Source: an uncultured archaeon | Lineage (GTDB): Archaea > Iainarchaeota > Iainarchaeia > Iainarchaeales > CSSED10-239 | Assembly (NCBI GenBank): GCA_964463155.1 | Contig: CAYXAY010000015.1 | Coordinates: 1-16,672 of the forward strand | Length of the DNA: 16,672 nt | Reading direction: 5' to 3' | Part shown: positions 1-7,650 of the stretch, one piece after another | Position numbering within the stretch: position 1 is the first letter of the stretch | How the letters are laid out: the number at the start of each line of letters is the position of its first letter | Notes under the pieces: generated by a model | The model's input: the letters and a program-made list of their open reading frames with translations, nothing else | Told to the model about the DNA's origin: nothing | Database searches by the model: none | Program-made: the position numbers and the translations under genes

Positions 1-960
1 TGCTGTCTGTTCTGGTGAGATATCTGGCGTTTCATCCAATTAAACCGCAGCATCCACCCCTTGTAGTGCACCCCCGCCAATTCCATTAAGTTTCTGCCTT
101 GCGACTGTACTCCCCAGGCGGTGAATTTAATGGTTTCCCTTCGGCCCTGAATTAACTCGTAGTTAACCCAACACCTAATTCACATCGTTTACAGCTGGGA
201 CTAACCGGGTATCTAATCCGGGTTGCGCCCCCAGCTTTCGTGTCTCACTGTCAGATTAGTTCTCGTTTAGCGCCTTCGCCACAGGTGGTCTTCCTAGTAT
301 CTTAAGATTCTACTCCTACTCTAGGAATACCCTAAACGTCTCCCTATCTCTAGCCTACCAGTATCCTTTGCCATTCAATGGGTTAGGCCCACTGCTTTCA
401 CAAAAGACTTAATAAACCAGCTACACACGCTTTAAGCCAAATAATGCTGGATACCACTCGAGGATTGCGTATTACCGCGGCGGCTGGCACGCATATTGCC
501 CCCCCCTTATTCACATAGCGATCTAAGCTATATAAAAGCCAGTTTTTGCTGGCACTTGGAGTTACTCTATCACGGTTTCCCGCATTGTAAAATTTTCGCG
601 ACTGCTGCACCCCGTAGGGCTAGGAACCTTATCTCAGTTTCCTTCTCCGGGCACCCTCTCTCAAGGCCCGTACAGATCTTCGGCTTGGTAGGCAATTACC
701 CTACCAACAACCTAATCTGACGCAGTCCCATCTTTTTGCATCTCACAAACATGAATGTAAGACCTTTGGAAAAACAATCATTCCAGATTTGTTTTTCTAT
801 CAAGCATTATCCTCAGTTTCCCAAGATTAACTTGTCAAAAAGGTAGGTTGACCACGCGTTACTGAGCCGTTTGCCAAAGTCTCTCATGGTTAAGACTTTA
901 AAACTTGCATGTCTTAGTCAAACTCCAATAGCGATATCCACCAGCAGGATCAGCTGGAAT
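1..960 (-). rRNA. rrs: 16S rRNA, 5' ~960 nt (gene continues past the window start)
   Basis: The reverse complement carries archaeal 16S landmarks. The 5' end ATTCCAGCTGATCCTGCTGG sits at 941-960. CTACGGGGTGCAGCAG is at ~602-620, GTGCCAGCCGCCGCGGTAAT at ~471-490, and GAAACTTAATGGAATTGGCGGGGGTGCAC at ~66-94. Spacing between landmarks is normal, so no large insertion or intron. Confidence 0.95.
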
Positions 961-1104
961 TGGTTTTATTATCGTTAATGCACACAAAATATACACAAAG
1001 TTTTACTTTTGCGCACTTGTATTTCTCCTAACATCAGACTCAAAATAGCTTGAACCCTCACAAAAAGAATTCACTACAAAAGATAAAGTCGAAATTTTAT
1101 TCTT

Positions 1105-1135
1105 TGTAGTTATAAAAATATAAGAATAGAAATAT
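1105..1135 (-). promoter_or_regulatory. Candidate TATA-box promoter for the 16S rRNA leader
   Basis: The minus strand reads TTATATTTTTATAAC about 150 nt upstream of the mature 16S 5' end. It is AT-rich like all spacers here, so the call is weak. Confidence 0.2.
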
Positions 1136-1283
1136 TTAAAAATAGATGCTTGAAAATCATGCAATTTTCTTACTTCTCTAGTCCTACAGCTAAAGATAGT
1201 TTCTTCTAAATCAATTATCCAAATTAAAGGGCAAATAATTTATAAATAGGCGTTCTTGGATAAATTTGCTATTCTTTTGTTAA

Positions 1284-1742
1284 TTAGTGGTTAAAAATGG
1301 CCTTTATATCTTTCTTGAAGCACAGGTATTTTCCAGTCTTTTCCAGTAAAGATTTTACTACCGTTTGGTTCTCCACATTTACACTCCCATTCTGAGACAG
1401 ATTCTTCGTTGTCTTCCCAAAGAGCAGATCAATTGTTATTTCTTCTCTGGTAGGTATATCACTTCTAGCAACAACAATAAACGCATCAATCATCCTGGCA
1501 TTAGAATCACAAGAATGGTTTATACAATATCTTGCATCTTTTCCTGGTTCTTCTACACTAAATAAGTCATCGCCCCATTGAATAATTAATTTGTCTGTTG
1601 TATCTATTTTATTTAAATCATCATAATGGAAATGGTTCCGCCAAATAATTACTTTTTCGCATGGTCGGATAGGCGAAGTAGCAAACATTCCTTTGCCTTT
1701 TCCAGAAATTGCCCTAATTACAATTTTTGGGTTATAACCCAA
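1284..1742 (-). CDS. SET-domain protein (putative lysine methyltransferase)
   Basis: Has a GKGMFAT N-terminal strand, an INHSCDSNA (NHSC) motif and REEITID near the C-terminus of the domain. The only in-frame start is TTG at 1742; stop is TAA. Confidence 0.8.
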   Translation of the reverse strand: MGYNPKIVIRAISGKGKGMFATSPIRPCEKVIIWRNHFHYDDLNKIDTTDKLIIQWGDDLFSVEEPGKDARYCINHSCDSNARMIDAFIVVARSDIPTREEITIDLLFGKTTKNLSQNGSVNVENQTVVKSLLEKTGKYLCFKKDIKAIFNH

Positions 1743-1771
1743 TCTTCTTTTGGAATATTATATTCTGTCAT

Positions 1772-1790
1772 AAAAATAGAAAAAATAAAG
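1772..1790 (-). terminator. Oligo-T tract downstream of the eL41 gene
   Basis: The minus strand reads CTTTATTTTTTCTATTTTT shortly after the eL41 stop, which is archaeal oligo-T terminator style. Confidence 0.3.
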
Positions 1791-1801
1791 GAAAGCTAGC
1801 C

Positions 1802-1933
1802 TTATGAAGCTGCCCTCTTTCTTAAATATCTTCTTTCTCTTTGCTTTCTTCTCATTTTCTTCTTTTTCCATTTCCATCTTTCTCTAGATCTGGTTTTTTT
1901 GAATCTACTGCTGTCTTTTTTACGTGTTCCCAT
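1802..1933 (-). CDS. rpl41e: Ribosomal protein eL41 (43 aa; not in the supplied ORF track)
   Basis: Hand translation gives MGTRKKDSSRFKKTRSRERWKWKKKKMRRKQRERRYLRKRAAS. This is an extremely basic Arg/Lys peptide with the RWKWKKK..RR..RER pattern typical of archaeal L41e. ATG start, TAA stop. Confidence 0.7.
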   Translation of the reverse strand: MGTRKKDSSRFKKTRSRERWKWKKKKMRRKQRERRYLRKRAAS

Positions 1934-1989
1934 TTTATCACTTTAATTTTTCTTTAATATATATTATGTTTCCTAAACCTTTTAAATGG

Positions 1990-2084
1990 TTGTTTGCGAA
2001 CCATTGCGGATAAACCACGAAATCCATTGCGCATGAATTCCAGAAACTTTGTTTCTGGGATGCCAAAGACCAACTAGTTTTTTT
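1990..2084 (+). ncRNA. Candidate structured small RNA (G+C-rich island A), family unknown
   Basis: G+C-rich island in an AT-rich spacer. A TATA-like TTTAATATATATTA lies at 1953-1966. There is a perfect 8-bp hairpin CCAGAAAC/GTTTCTGG at 2040-2058 and a T7 run at 2078-2084. The core at 2003-2029 recurs inverted at 10658-10684. Strand and ends are inferred. Confidence 0.3.
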
Positions 2085-2103
2085 GCACGCGCAAAACCGA
2101 CTC

Positions 2104-2177
2104 TGCTCTGAGCGGGATTCGGACCCGCGTTACTGGCTTGAAAGGCCAGTGTGATTACCGGACTACACTATCAGAGC
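2104..2177 (-). tRNA. tRNA-Glu (anticodon UUC), no encoded CCA
   Basis: Hand-folded cloverleaf: acceptor GCTCTGA/TCAGAGC, anticodon stem CTGGC/GCCAG with loop CTTTCAA, T stem GCGGG/CCCGC. The T loop reads TCCGAAT, so position 55 is C. Confidence 0.92.
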
Positions 2178-2381
2178 ACATATCTAAAGTTATTTTTCTA
2201 CTTTTCAAGGCCGACTAAAAAATAGAAATATATATATTTAAGCACAAAAACATTTATATATATTTTATTTCTTGTTTTTGATAAACGAGAGTGCCATTTA
2301 TAAAGTTTATTTACTATAAATATTATATAATCTATCTTATTAAAAGGGAACTATTAACTAAAATTTAAAGGTGTAAATAAT

Positions 2382-2534
2382 ATGAACGATGCCGCAAAGC
2401 AGAGAAGACTAAAGAACATGTGGGTTTGTATGGCATGTAATGCCACAATGAGATCACCAAAGAAACCAACATTTTGTAGGAAATGTAAATCTGTAAAGAC
2501 TAGAGTAAAGAAGAAAGGTAAAAGAGCTAAGTAA
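2382..2534 (+). CDS. rpl40e: Ribosomal protein eL40 (50 aa zinc ribbon; not in the supplied ORF track)
   Basis: Hand translation gives MNDAAKQRRLKNMWVCMACNATMRSPKKPTFCRKCKSVKTRVKKKGKRAK. It has CxxC...CxxC and a basic tail like archaeal L40e. AGGTG lies ~10 nt upstream of the ATG; stop is TAA. Confidence 0.8.
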   Translation: MNDAAKQRRLKNMWVCMACNATMRSPKKPTFCRKCKSVKTRVKKKGKRAK

Positions 2535-2537
2535 ATT

Positions 2538-2566
2538 TAGTTTTTTTCTATTTTTTTATTTTGATA
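2538..2566 (+). terminator. Oligo-T tracts after the eL40 gene
   Basis: TAGTTTTTTTCTATTTTTTTATTTTG follows the eL40 stop codon shortly downstream. Confidence 0.3.
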
Positions 2567-2569
2567 AAT

Positions 2570-3610
2570 TTAAAACCATTTGCGTAATGTTTTTTGTTTA
2601 TCTACTTCGTTTCTTTTTTTTTCAAATTCTTCTAAGTAGTTTCTTGTTCTCTTTTCATCAAAGTTGGCTTTGTCTATAAGGGTGTGTTCAATCTTTTGCC
2701 TGTCAAAGATAGGCTTGTTGTAGCTTGGGTTCTTTTCTATGTCTGGCTTCATAAAGATGTCCATGACTTCCTGGTAGTCAAAGTTAATTTCTTTATTCTT
2801 TTCTTTTAATTGTTTTAAGATGTCTTCAAAGCTGTTGTTTTCCTGAACAAGCTTAAGAGCAGTCTTTGGGCCAATGCCTTCAATCTTGTCATTGAAGTCT
2901 GTTCCTATAAGAAGAGACATCCAGATTAGCTTTTCTCTTGTTATGTTTAGTTTTTCCATAACACAAGAGGTCTCAATCATATAAGGATAAACATCAATAT
3001 AGATTTTCTTAAAAGGCACTTTCTTTTTTCCAGTAACTCCAATATTCTTTAAAAGATTAGGAGAACCAAACAAAAGACAATCAAAGTCCTGAGAGACGGT
3101 GTAGTCTGTTTGTCCAATAGAAGTCATGTAAGAGATTTGAGCTTCTGCTTCTCCTGGAGCTGTAAAGCAAGGAACGCCCATGGCTTCAAGAAGTTCTTTT
3201 GATTGTTCTATAATTTTATAGTCTATGGTTATTGCTTGTCTAGAAAGCTTAGAAATATTTTCAAAATCTTCTTCTTCAATTGCTTTGTCTAGTTTTTCTT
3301 TAGCTAGTTTTCTTCTGTCTCTTCTGTCTTGTTTGGTTTTTGCTTTAAGTTCATGGCTTACACCATCATAAACAAACACTGGGTTAATACCTGCATTTAA
3401 AACATTAGAGATTCTATAAAATATTCCTGAATAATGACTTGTGATTTCTCCGTTTTCATTCTTTAAAGGCTCGCCGTCTATTCCTCTTATGGTTGTAACA
3501 AACTGAAACAACATATTGTAAGCATCAAAACCAAACCTTTTACCTTTAAAGTCTGATAGTTCAATTTTCTTCTTACAATCCTCTATTAAAGAACCTATTG
3601 CTACACCCAT
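2570..3610 (-). CDS. fen: Flap endonuclease 1 (FEN1)
   Basis: Canonical MGVAIGSLI N-terminus, with SHYSGIFYR, PVFVYDG, GEAEAQ, SQDFDCLLFG and GTDFN motifs. C-terminal PCNA-binding box QKTLRKWF. The ATG at 3610 is preferred over the upstream GTG at 3619. Confidence 0.93.
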   Translation of the reverse strand: MGVAIGSLIEDCKKKIELSDFKGKRFGFDAYNMLFQFVTTIRGIDGEPLKNENGEITSHYSGIFYRISNVLNAGINPVFVYDGVSHELKAKTKQDRRDRRKLAKEKLDKAIEEEDFENISKLSRQAITIDYKIIEQSKELLEAMGVPCFTAPGEAEAQISYMTSIGQTDYTVSQDFDCLLFGSPNLLKNIGVTGKKKVPFKKIYIDVYPYMIETSCVMEKLNITREKLIWMSLLIGTDFNDKIEGIGPKTALKLVQENNSFEDILKQLKEKNKEINFDYQEVMDIFMKPDIEKNPSYNKPIFDRQKIEHTLIDKANFDEKRTRNYLEEFEKKRNEVDKQKTLRKWF

Positions 3611-3622
3611 TTCTTTCACTTC

Positions 3623-4018
3623 TTAAATATTTAACCCAAGTTGTATAACTAAAGATAATTTCCTGTTTTTATTATCAAATCTTTTATCAAAGAAATTAAC
3701 AATTGTGCATACTCCCTGTTTTTCTCCAAATTCTCTCATTTTCTTTTCAAATACCCCCAAAATTATTGTTCCAGCGATTAATGTTATTACAGTTCCAATA
3801 CCATAAGATATTCCGTTTCTGTAAACTTCTGTAATTGCCGCAACAATAGCTCCTGCTCCAACAATTGTTGCAATTGCTGCAAAGCTAAAAAGCCAGAATA
3901 TTGTTTTTCTGTTGTTTAGAAGATAACTATTAATTCCTTCTTTTCTTGAAAAGAAAATAGCAACTCCTACCAGTATTAACAAATAAATTACTAACCAAAA
4001 CAATACGCTATCAATCAT
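3623..4018 (-). CDS. Small membrane protein resembling only the N-terminal ~130 aa of a sodium:solute symporter (SSS family); possible gene remnant
   Basis: About three hydrophobic helices. YLLNNRK..W..SFAAIATIVGAGAIV and TIVNFFDKRF resemble the SSS N-terminal region. The ORF ends 12 nt before the FEN1 start, far short of a ~500-aa transporter. Confidence 0.5.
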   Translation of the reverse strand: MIDSVLFWLVIYLLILVGVAIFFSRKEGINSYLLNNRKTIFWLFSFAAIATIVGAGAIVAAITEVYRNGISYGIGTVITLIAGTIILGVFEKKMREFGEKQGVCTIVNFFDKRFDNKNRKLSLVIQLGLNI

Positions 4019-4125
4019 ATGCCCACCAGTTAATAGCCGCCATTTAATAAATATCTAAGAACATAACTAATATAAATATAATATACATTATATATTATTA
4101 CAATATATAAGGAATGTGATTATCG

Positions 4126-5508
4126 GTGACAACTATTTTATGGGTTATTTCGATTTTTTTATTTGTCTTGCTTTGTGCAACTGCTGCAAGAGTGTTTCTA
4201 AAGCAAAAAACATTTTTATGGGTATTTATCCTTCTTCAAACACAATATCTTCTTAAGTTTGTAGATAGATTAGCTTTAAAACACCATAAAGCTTTAACTA
4301 AATTATCAATTTTTGGAATTGCAATTGGCTTTGGACCTTTTGGTGTTGATTATTTAATTAAGGATAAAGCAAGCAAGATTAAAAGAATATTTGTGTTTAT
4401 TATTTCATTTATAGTATTTACTATTGTTTCTTATTTCTTTGCCGGAAATTTGTTTTTTGGTAATCCTTTAATTCCTAAATATATTGGTTATTTTATAATA
4501 GCAATTACTGGATTTATGGGGTTGTCTGGTTTTATAATGGGTGCACTAATTTTTTCTGCATATGATATTATTGCTAAGATGTTTGTTGGTAAAGTTGCTT
4601 GCCCAGGTATTGGTCTTGTTATTCCCGGAGTACAGGTTCCTAAAACCAATTTCTATATTCCAATCTATGGTTGGATAATTTTAATTGCAGCTGCTTTTAT
4701 TCATGAGTTAAGCCATGGAATAATGCTAAGGGTTGCAAAAGTTAAACTAAAGTCAATGGGCGTAATGTTACTTGGAGTATTACCACTTGGAGCATTTGTT
4801 GAACCTGACGAAAAGAAGTTTAAAAAAATAGAAAATAAGAAAAAATTAAAGATGTATGCTGCTGGACCTGCCAGTAATCTAATTATTGCAATTATTTTCT
4901 TTATAGTATATCTTTTGATTGCTGCACCAATTAGTAATTACACAACTTCAATTGATAATTCCAGAGAGCTCGGATTAGTTGTGGGCAATGTTATTGAACA
5001 AGTTGAAATCTGTGGTTCGTCTTTTGAAAATCCAGCATTTGGTAAACTTGAAAAAAATGATTTGATTCTTTTTGTTAATGGTAGGAATATCAGCACAAGG
5101 ACAGATCTGAAAAGAGCAATAAAAAATGATTATGACAATGAGTTTGTTGTTAAAAATCTTGACACTAACATTACAAGAACAGAATATATAAGAACAAACG
5201 AGCTTGGTAACATTAGAATAACTGCTGATGTCCAGATTGACAAAAACATTCCTTTGCCAAAGAATTACACTGTCTACAAGTTAATCTATCAGATTATCTT
5301 TTGGATAATACTGCTAAACTTCATACTTGCAACAACAAACTTCCTTCCAACAGTCCCATTTGATGGAGGAGCAATGGCGCAGATAATCTTTGCTGATTAC
5401 TTAAATCCAAAAGAAGAAGAAGAAAAAAGAATGAAAAGGATAAAGAAGTTCTTTGGATATTCAGTAATACTTTTAGCATTACTAAATATTATTCCTTATT
5501 TTTTGTGA
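4126..5508 (+). CDS. Site-2 protease family (M50) membrane metalloprotease with an internal PDZ-like insert
   Basis: HELSHG (HExxH) in a transmembrane segment. NFLPTVPFDGG motif near the C-terminus. Multiple TM helices. The soluble middle region (GLVVGNV...FVNG) is PDZ-like. GTG start. Confidence 0.85.
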   Translation: MTTILWVISIFLFVLLCATAARVFLKQKTFLWVFILLQTQYLLKFVDRLALKHHKALTKLSIFGIAIGFGPFGVDYLIKDKASKIKRIFVFIISFIVFTIVSYFFAGNLFFGNPLIPKYIGYFIIAITGFMGLSGFIMGALIFSAYDIIAKMFVGKVACPGIGLVIPGVQVPKTNFYIPIYGWIILIAAAFIHELSHGIMLRVAKVKLKSMGVMLLGVLPLGAFVEPDEKKFKKIENKKKLKMYAAGPASNLIIAIIFFIVYLLIAAPISNYTTSIDNSRELGLVVGNVIEQVEICGSSFENPAFGKLEKNDLILFVNGRNISTRTDLKRAIKNDYDNEFVVKNLDTNITRTEYIRTNELGNIRITADVQIDKNIPLPKNYTVYKLIYQIIFWIILLNFILATTNFLPTVPFDGGAMAQIIFADYLNPKEEEEKRMKRIKKFFGYSVILLALLNIIPYFL

Positions 5509-5516
5509 GGGAAAAA

Positions 5517-6239
5517 ATGCCAATTACAATAAAATATGCAAGATCGTCAAAGAATTACAAACCAGGAATGTTAGATCATTTTATAACAAATATACCACAT
5601 CCACATCTGGCCGCTAGTTTTATTGTAATTAACGGAAAATATTTTGATGTTTCAAAAGAAAGACAAGAAACGCAAGTGAATCATGATTATTATAAAATTA
5701 ATGACGCAATATTTGAAAATAAATTTGAATATATCCAAAAGGGTCCAAAAATATTAATTATTAACCACAAAATAAAAATTGGACATACCCATCACGGAAA
5801 AGGAAGAACTTCTGCAACCCCGAGTATAAACGACATACGCACTTTTTTTTACGCCTATTTAAAATATGGCTCTACTTTTTGTGTGATTGTTGGAAGAGAT
5901 TATGAAGCAAACAAGATAACTGGAAAAACCATAATTGAGATTCCTATAAAATATGAAAAAACCATAAAAAACAAATATGGAAAGATGGTTGGGAAACAGG
6001 AATGGAATACACACTGGGATTGTGTTGATACTTTACTAAAAAGTCAAACAAAAAAAGGCTTGTTAAACAAAGGTCTAAAGATTACTGATAAAAACAAAGA
6101 ACTTAATGATGTAAAAAATGAATATCATAAAACGTATTTTCAAAAATTAAGTCAACTATTTGATTTAAATATTAAGATTCAAGAAGCCCCCGGATATAAA
6201 TTTAATAAAGAAACTATGTTTTTTGAAAAAATAGAATAA
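5517..6239 (+). CDS. Hypothetical protein with a possible JAB/MPN-like metal site
   Basis: ATG preceded by GAGGG. The start region overlaps the S2P stop (GTGA at 5505-5508). The motif KIGHTHHGKGRTSATPSINDI resembles JAMM HxH-x(n)-S-xx-D but has longer spacing, and no clear upstream Glu was found. Confidence 0.55.
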   Translation: MPITIKYARSSKNYKPGMLDHFITNIPHPHLAASFIVINGKYFDVSKERQETQVNHDYYKINDAIFENKFEYIQKGPKILIINHKIKIGHTHHGKGRTSATPSINDIRTFFYAYLKYGSTFCVIVGRDYEANKITGKTIIEIPIKYEKTIKNKYGKMVGKQEWNTHWDCVDTLLKSQTKKGLLNKGLKITDKNKELNDVKNEYHKTYFQKLSQLFDLNIKIQEAPGYKFNKETMFFEKIE

Positions 6240-6243
6240 AATT

Positions 6244-7650
6244 TTATTCAATTATCTCTACTGAATATCTTTGAAACTTTGTCTTTTCTCCTTTGTAGCA
6301 ATTACTGCTTAGTCCAGCCTTCTGACAAAGACTGGAAAGGAAAGAGTCTTTATCTGGAAGCTGTTCCCAGACTTGTGGGAGATAAACTGCACTTGCGGCT
6401 CCTTGCCTTAAGATAACCCCGTCTCCTTTCTTTATGTCAGTAAGAGAACAGTCCTCTGGCTTTGAAAGAATTGAAATTTCTATGTGTGTCTTTTCAAATT
6501 CCTCTTCTGTTAGACTATCAAAACGCGAATCTTGAAAAGCAGCAAACTTAGAGTTGTCAATTATTCCTTGAAAGACGGTTTTTGTGCTTGTGATGTTACC
6601 AATACACCCTCTTAATTTCCCAGAGATTGTTAAAGTCACAAAACTTCCTTTTCTTTCTAGGTATTCTTTTGGTATTGCTTGTTCTAGGTCCTCAAAGTTT
6701 TCTTTTCTTACATCAAAGATATTTTGTATTGATCTGTGTGCCAGTCGCAAAAGAAGATGTTCTTTTTCTTCAGAGAAAGCAATACTAGCATAGCCAACAA
6801 CTGTTTTTTTGTTTTTTGTGACATCTCCAGATGTTATTTGTTTTAATAGTTTTGGTTTATCCCACTTTCTTATCTTAGCAATTTCTGCTAATACCAATAT
6901 GGGATTTTTACCACAAGCATCTATTTTGTTATTTTTTGTATTGTCCAATATTTGCTGTATTGTTTTATTATCAATTTCTTTTGCTTTTTCTTCTGGTAAA
7001 TAATGAGAAAGATCGCTTGAGACAATTACTATTGTATTTTCGGTAATTTCTTTGTTTATTTCTTTTGCAATTTCTTGTATTTCTTTTTCGTTTACTTCTC
7101 CAACAATTATAGGAACAATTGTAAATTCTTTTCCTGCTTTTTTAAAGATATATTGTAAGAAAGGAAGCTGAACCTCAATTGCATGTTCTTTTTCATGTGG
7201 CGAATTGTTTATTTCTGCATTTATCTTCGTAGAATTTACTTTAATTTCTCCAAGAGGGGTTCTAAAGACATTATAGTCAGATACAACGGCCCCTTTAATA
7301 TACTCTGTGTGGTTTGGTGCAAGAATAATAACTTTGTAATTATCTTCTTTTCTTAACAATAAATCCAAGTAAAGCTCTTTATAACCAAACATTGCAGTTT
7401 GCCCAGAATAGAGGTATCCTGCGTGTGGAACAATAAGTGCATTTATTTTCCCCCCAACATAATTTATTTCTATTTTTTCAAAAAAGGTATCTAATTGACT
7501 TGTAAGTATTAATTTATTTTCAGGATAAAAACTTCCTGCGACTGCTGGCTTTCTAAAATTATTATCATTCATATTTCCCACAATTGCCTGTGATATTATT
7601 ATTAAAAATATAATCAAAGAAAAAACTATTGCTTTTATTATTTTACTCAT
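6244..7650 (-). CDS. Fusion protein: N-terminal signal/anchor helix + Memo-like domain (AmmeMemoRadiSam protein B type) + AMMECR1 domain (protein A type)
   Basis: Memo motifs: PAVAGSFYP, LIVPHAGYLYSG, SSDLSHY, DACG. AMMECR1 motifs: GSFVTLT..GKLRGCIG and SAVYLPQVW. The N-terminus KIIKAIVFSLIIFLIIISQAIV is hydrophobic. Its ATG overlaps the upstream gene's TGA (ATGA). Confidence 0.85.
   Translation of the reverse strand: MSKIIKAIVFSLIIFLIIISQAIVGNMNDNNFRKPAVAGSFYPENKLILTSQLDTFFEKIEINYVGGKINALIVPHAGYLYSGQTAMFGYKELYLDLLLRKEDNYKVIILAPNHTEYIKGAVVSDYNVFRTPLGEIKVNSTKINAEINNSPHEKEHAIEVQLPFLQYIFKKAGKEFTIVPIIVGEVNEKEIQEIAKEINKEITENTIVIVSSDLSHYLPEEKAKEIDNKTIQQILDNTKNNKIDACGKNPILVLAEIAKIRKWDKPKLLKQITSGDVTKNKKTVVGYASIAFSEEKEHLLLRLAHRSIQNIFDVRKENFEDLEQAIPKEYLERKGSFVTLTISGKLRGCIGNITSTKTVFQGIIDNSKFAAFQDSRFDSLTEEEFEKTHIEISILSKPEDCSLTDIKKGDGVILRQGAASAVYLPQVWEQLPDKDSFLSSLCQKAGLSSNCYKGEKTKFQRYSVEIIE

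Noticed and set aside
398-720. Track ORFs 398-610 (-) and 496-720 (+)
   Set aside because: Both lie entirely inside the 16S rRNA gene. The conserved 340 and 519 regions fall within them, so they are spurious translations of rRNA.
1-960. Insertion or intron in the 16S rRNA gene (common in small-genome lineages)
   Set aside because: Distances between the 5' end and the 340, 519 and 915 landmark regions are about normal or slightly short for archaea. No extra block is present in the visible part.
1990-2103. Islands A and B as 5S rRNA genes
   Set aside because: The size (~95-120 nt), terminal helix, and a GATGGTACT / AGTACC stretch in B were suggestive. However, the helix III / loop C consensus (CCGAAC...GAAGTTAAGC) is absent. 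The two copies share only a 27-nt core, and the enclosed length in B (~70 nt) is too short.
1990-2103. Islands A and B as split, permuted or intron-containing tRNA pieces
   Set aside because: There is no T arm (GTTCRAATC), no D arm, and no 7-nt anticodon loop. The CCACCA at 10704-10709 has no matching 5' acceptor strand on that strand.
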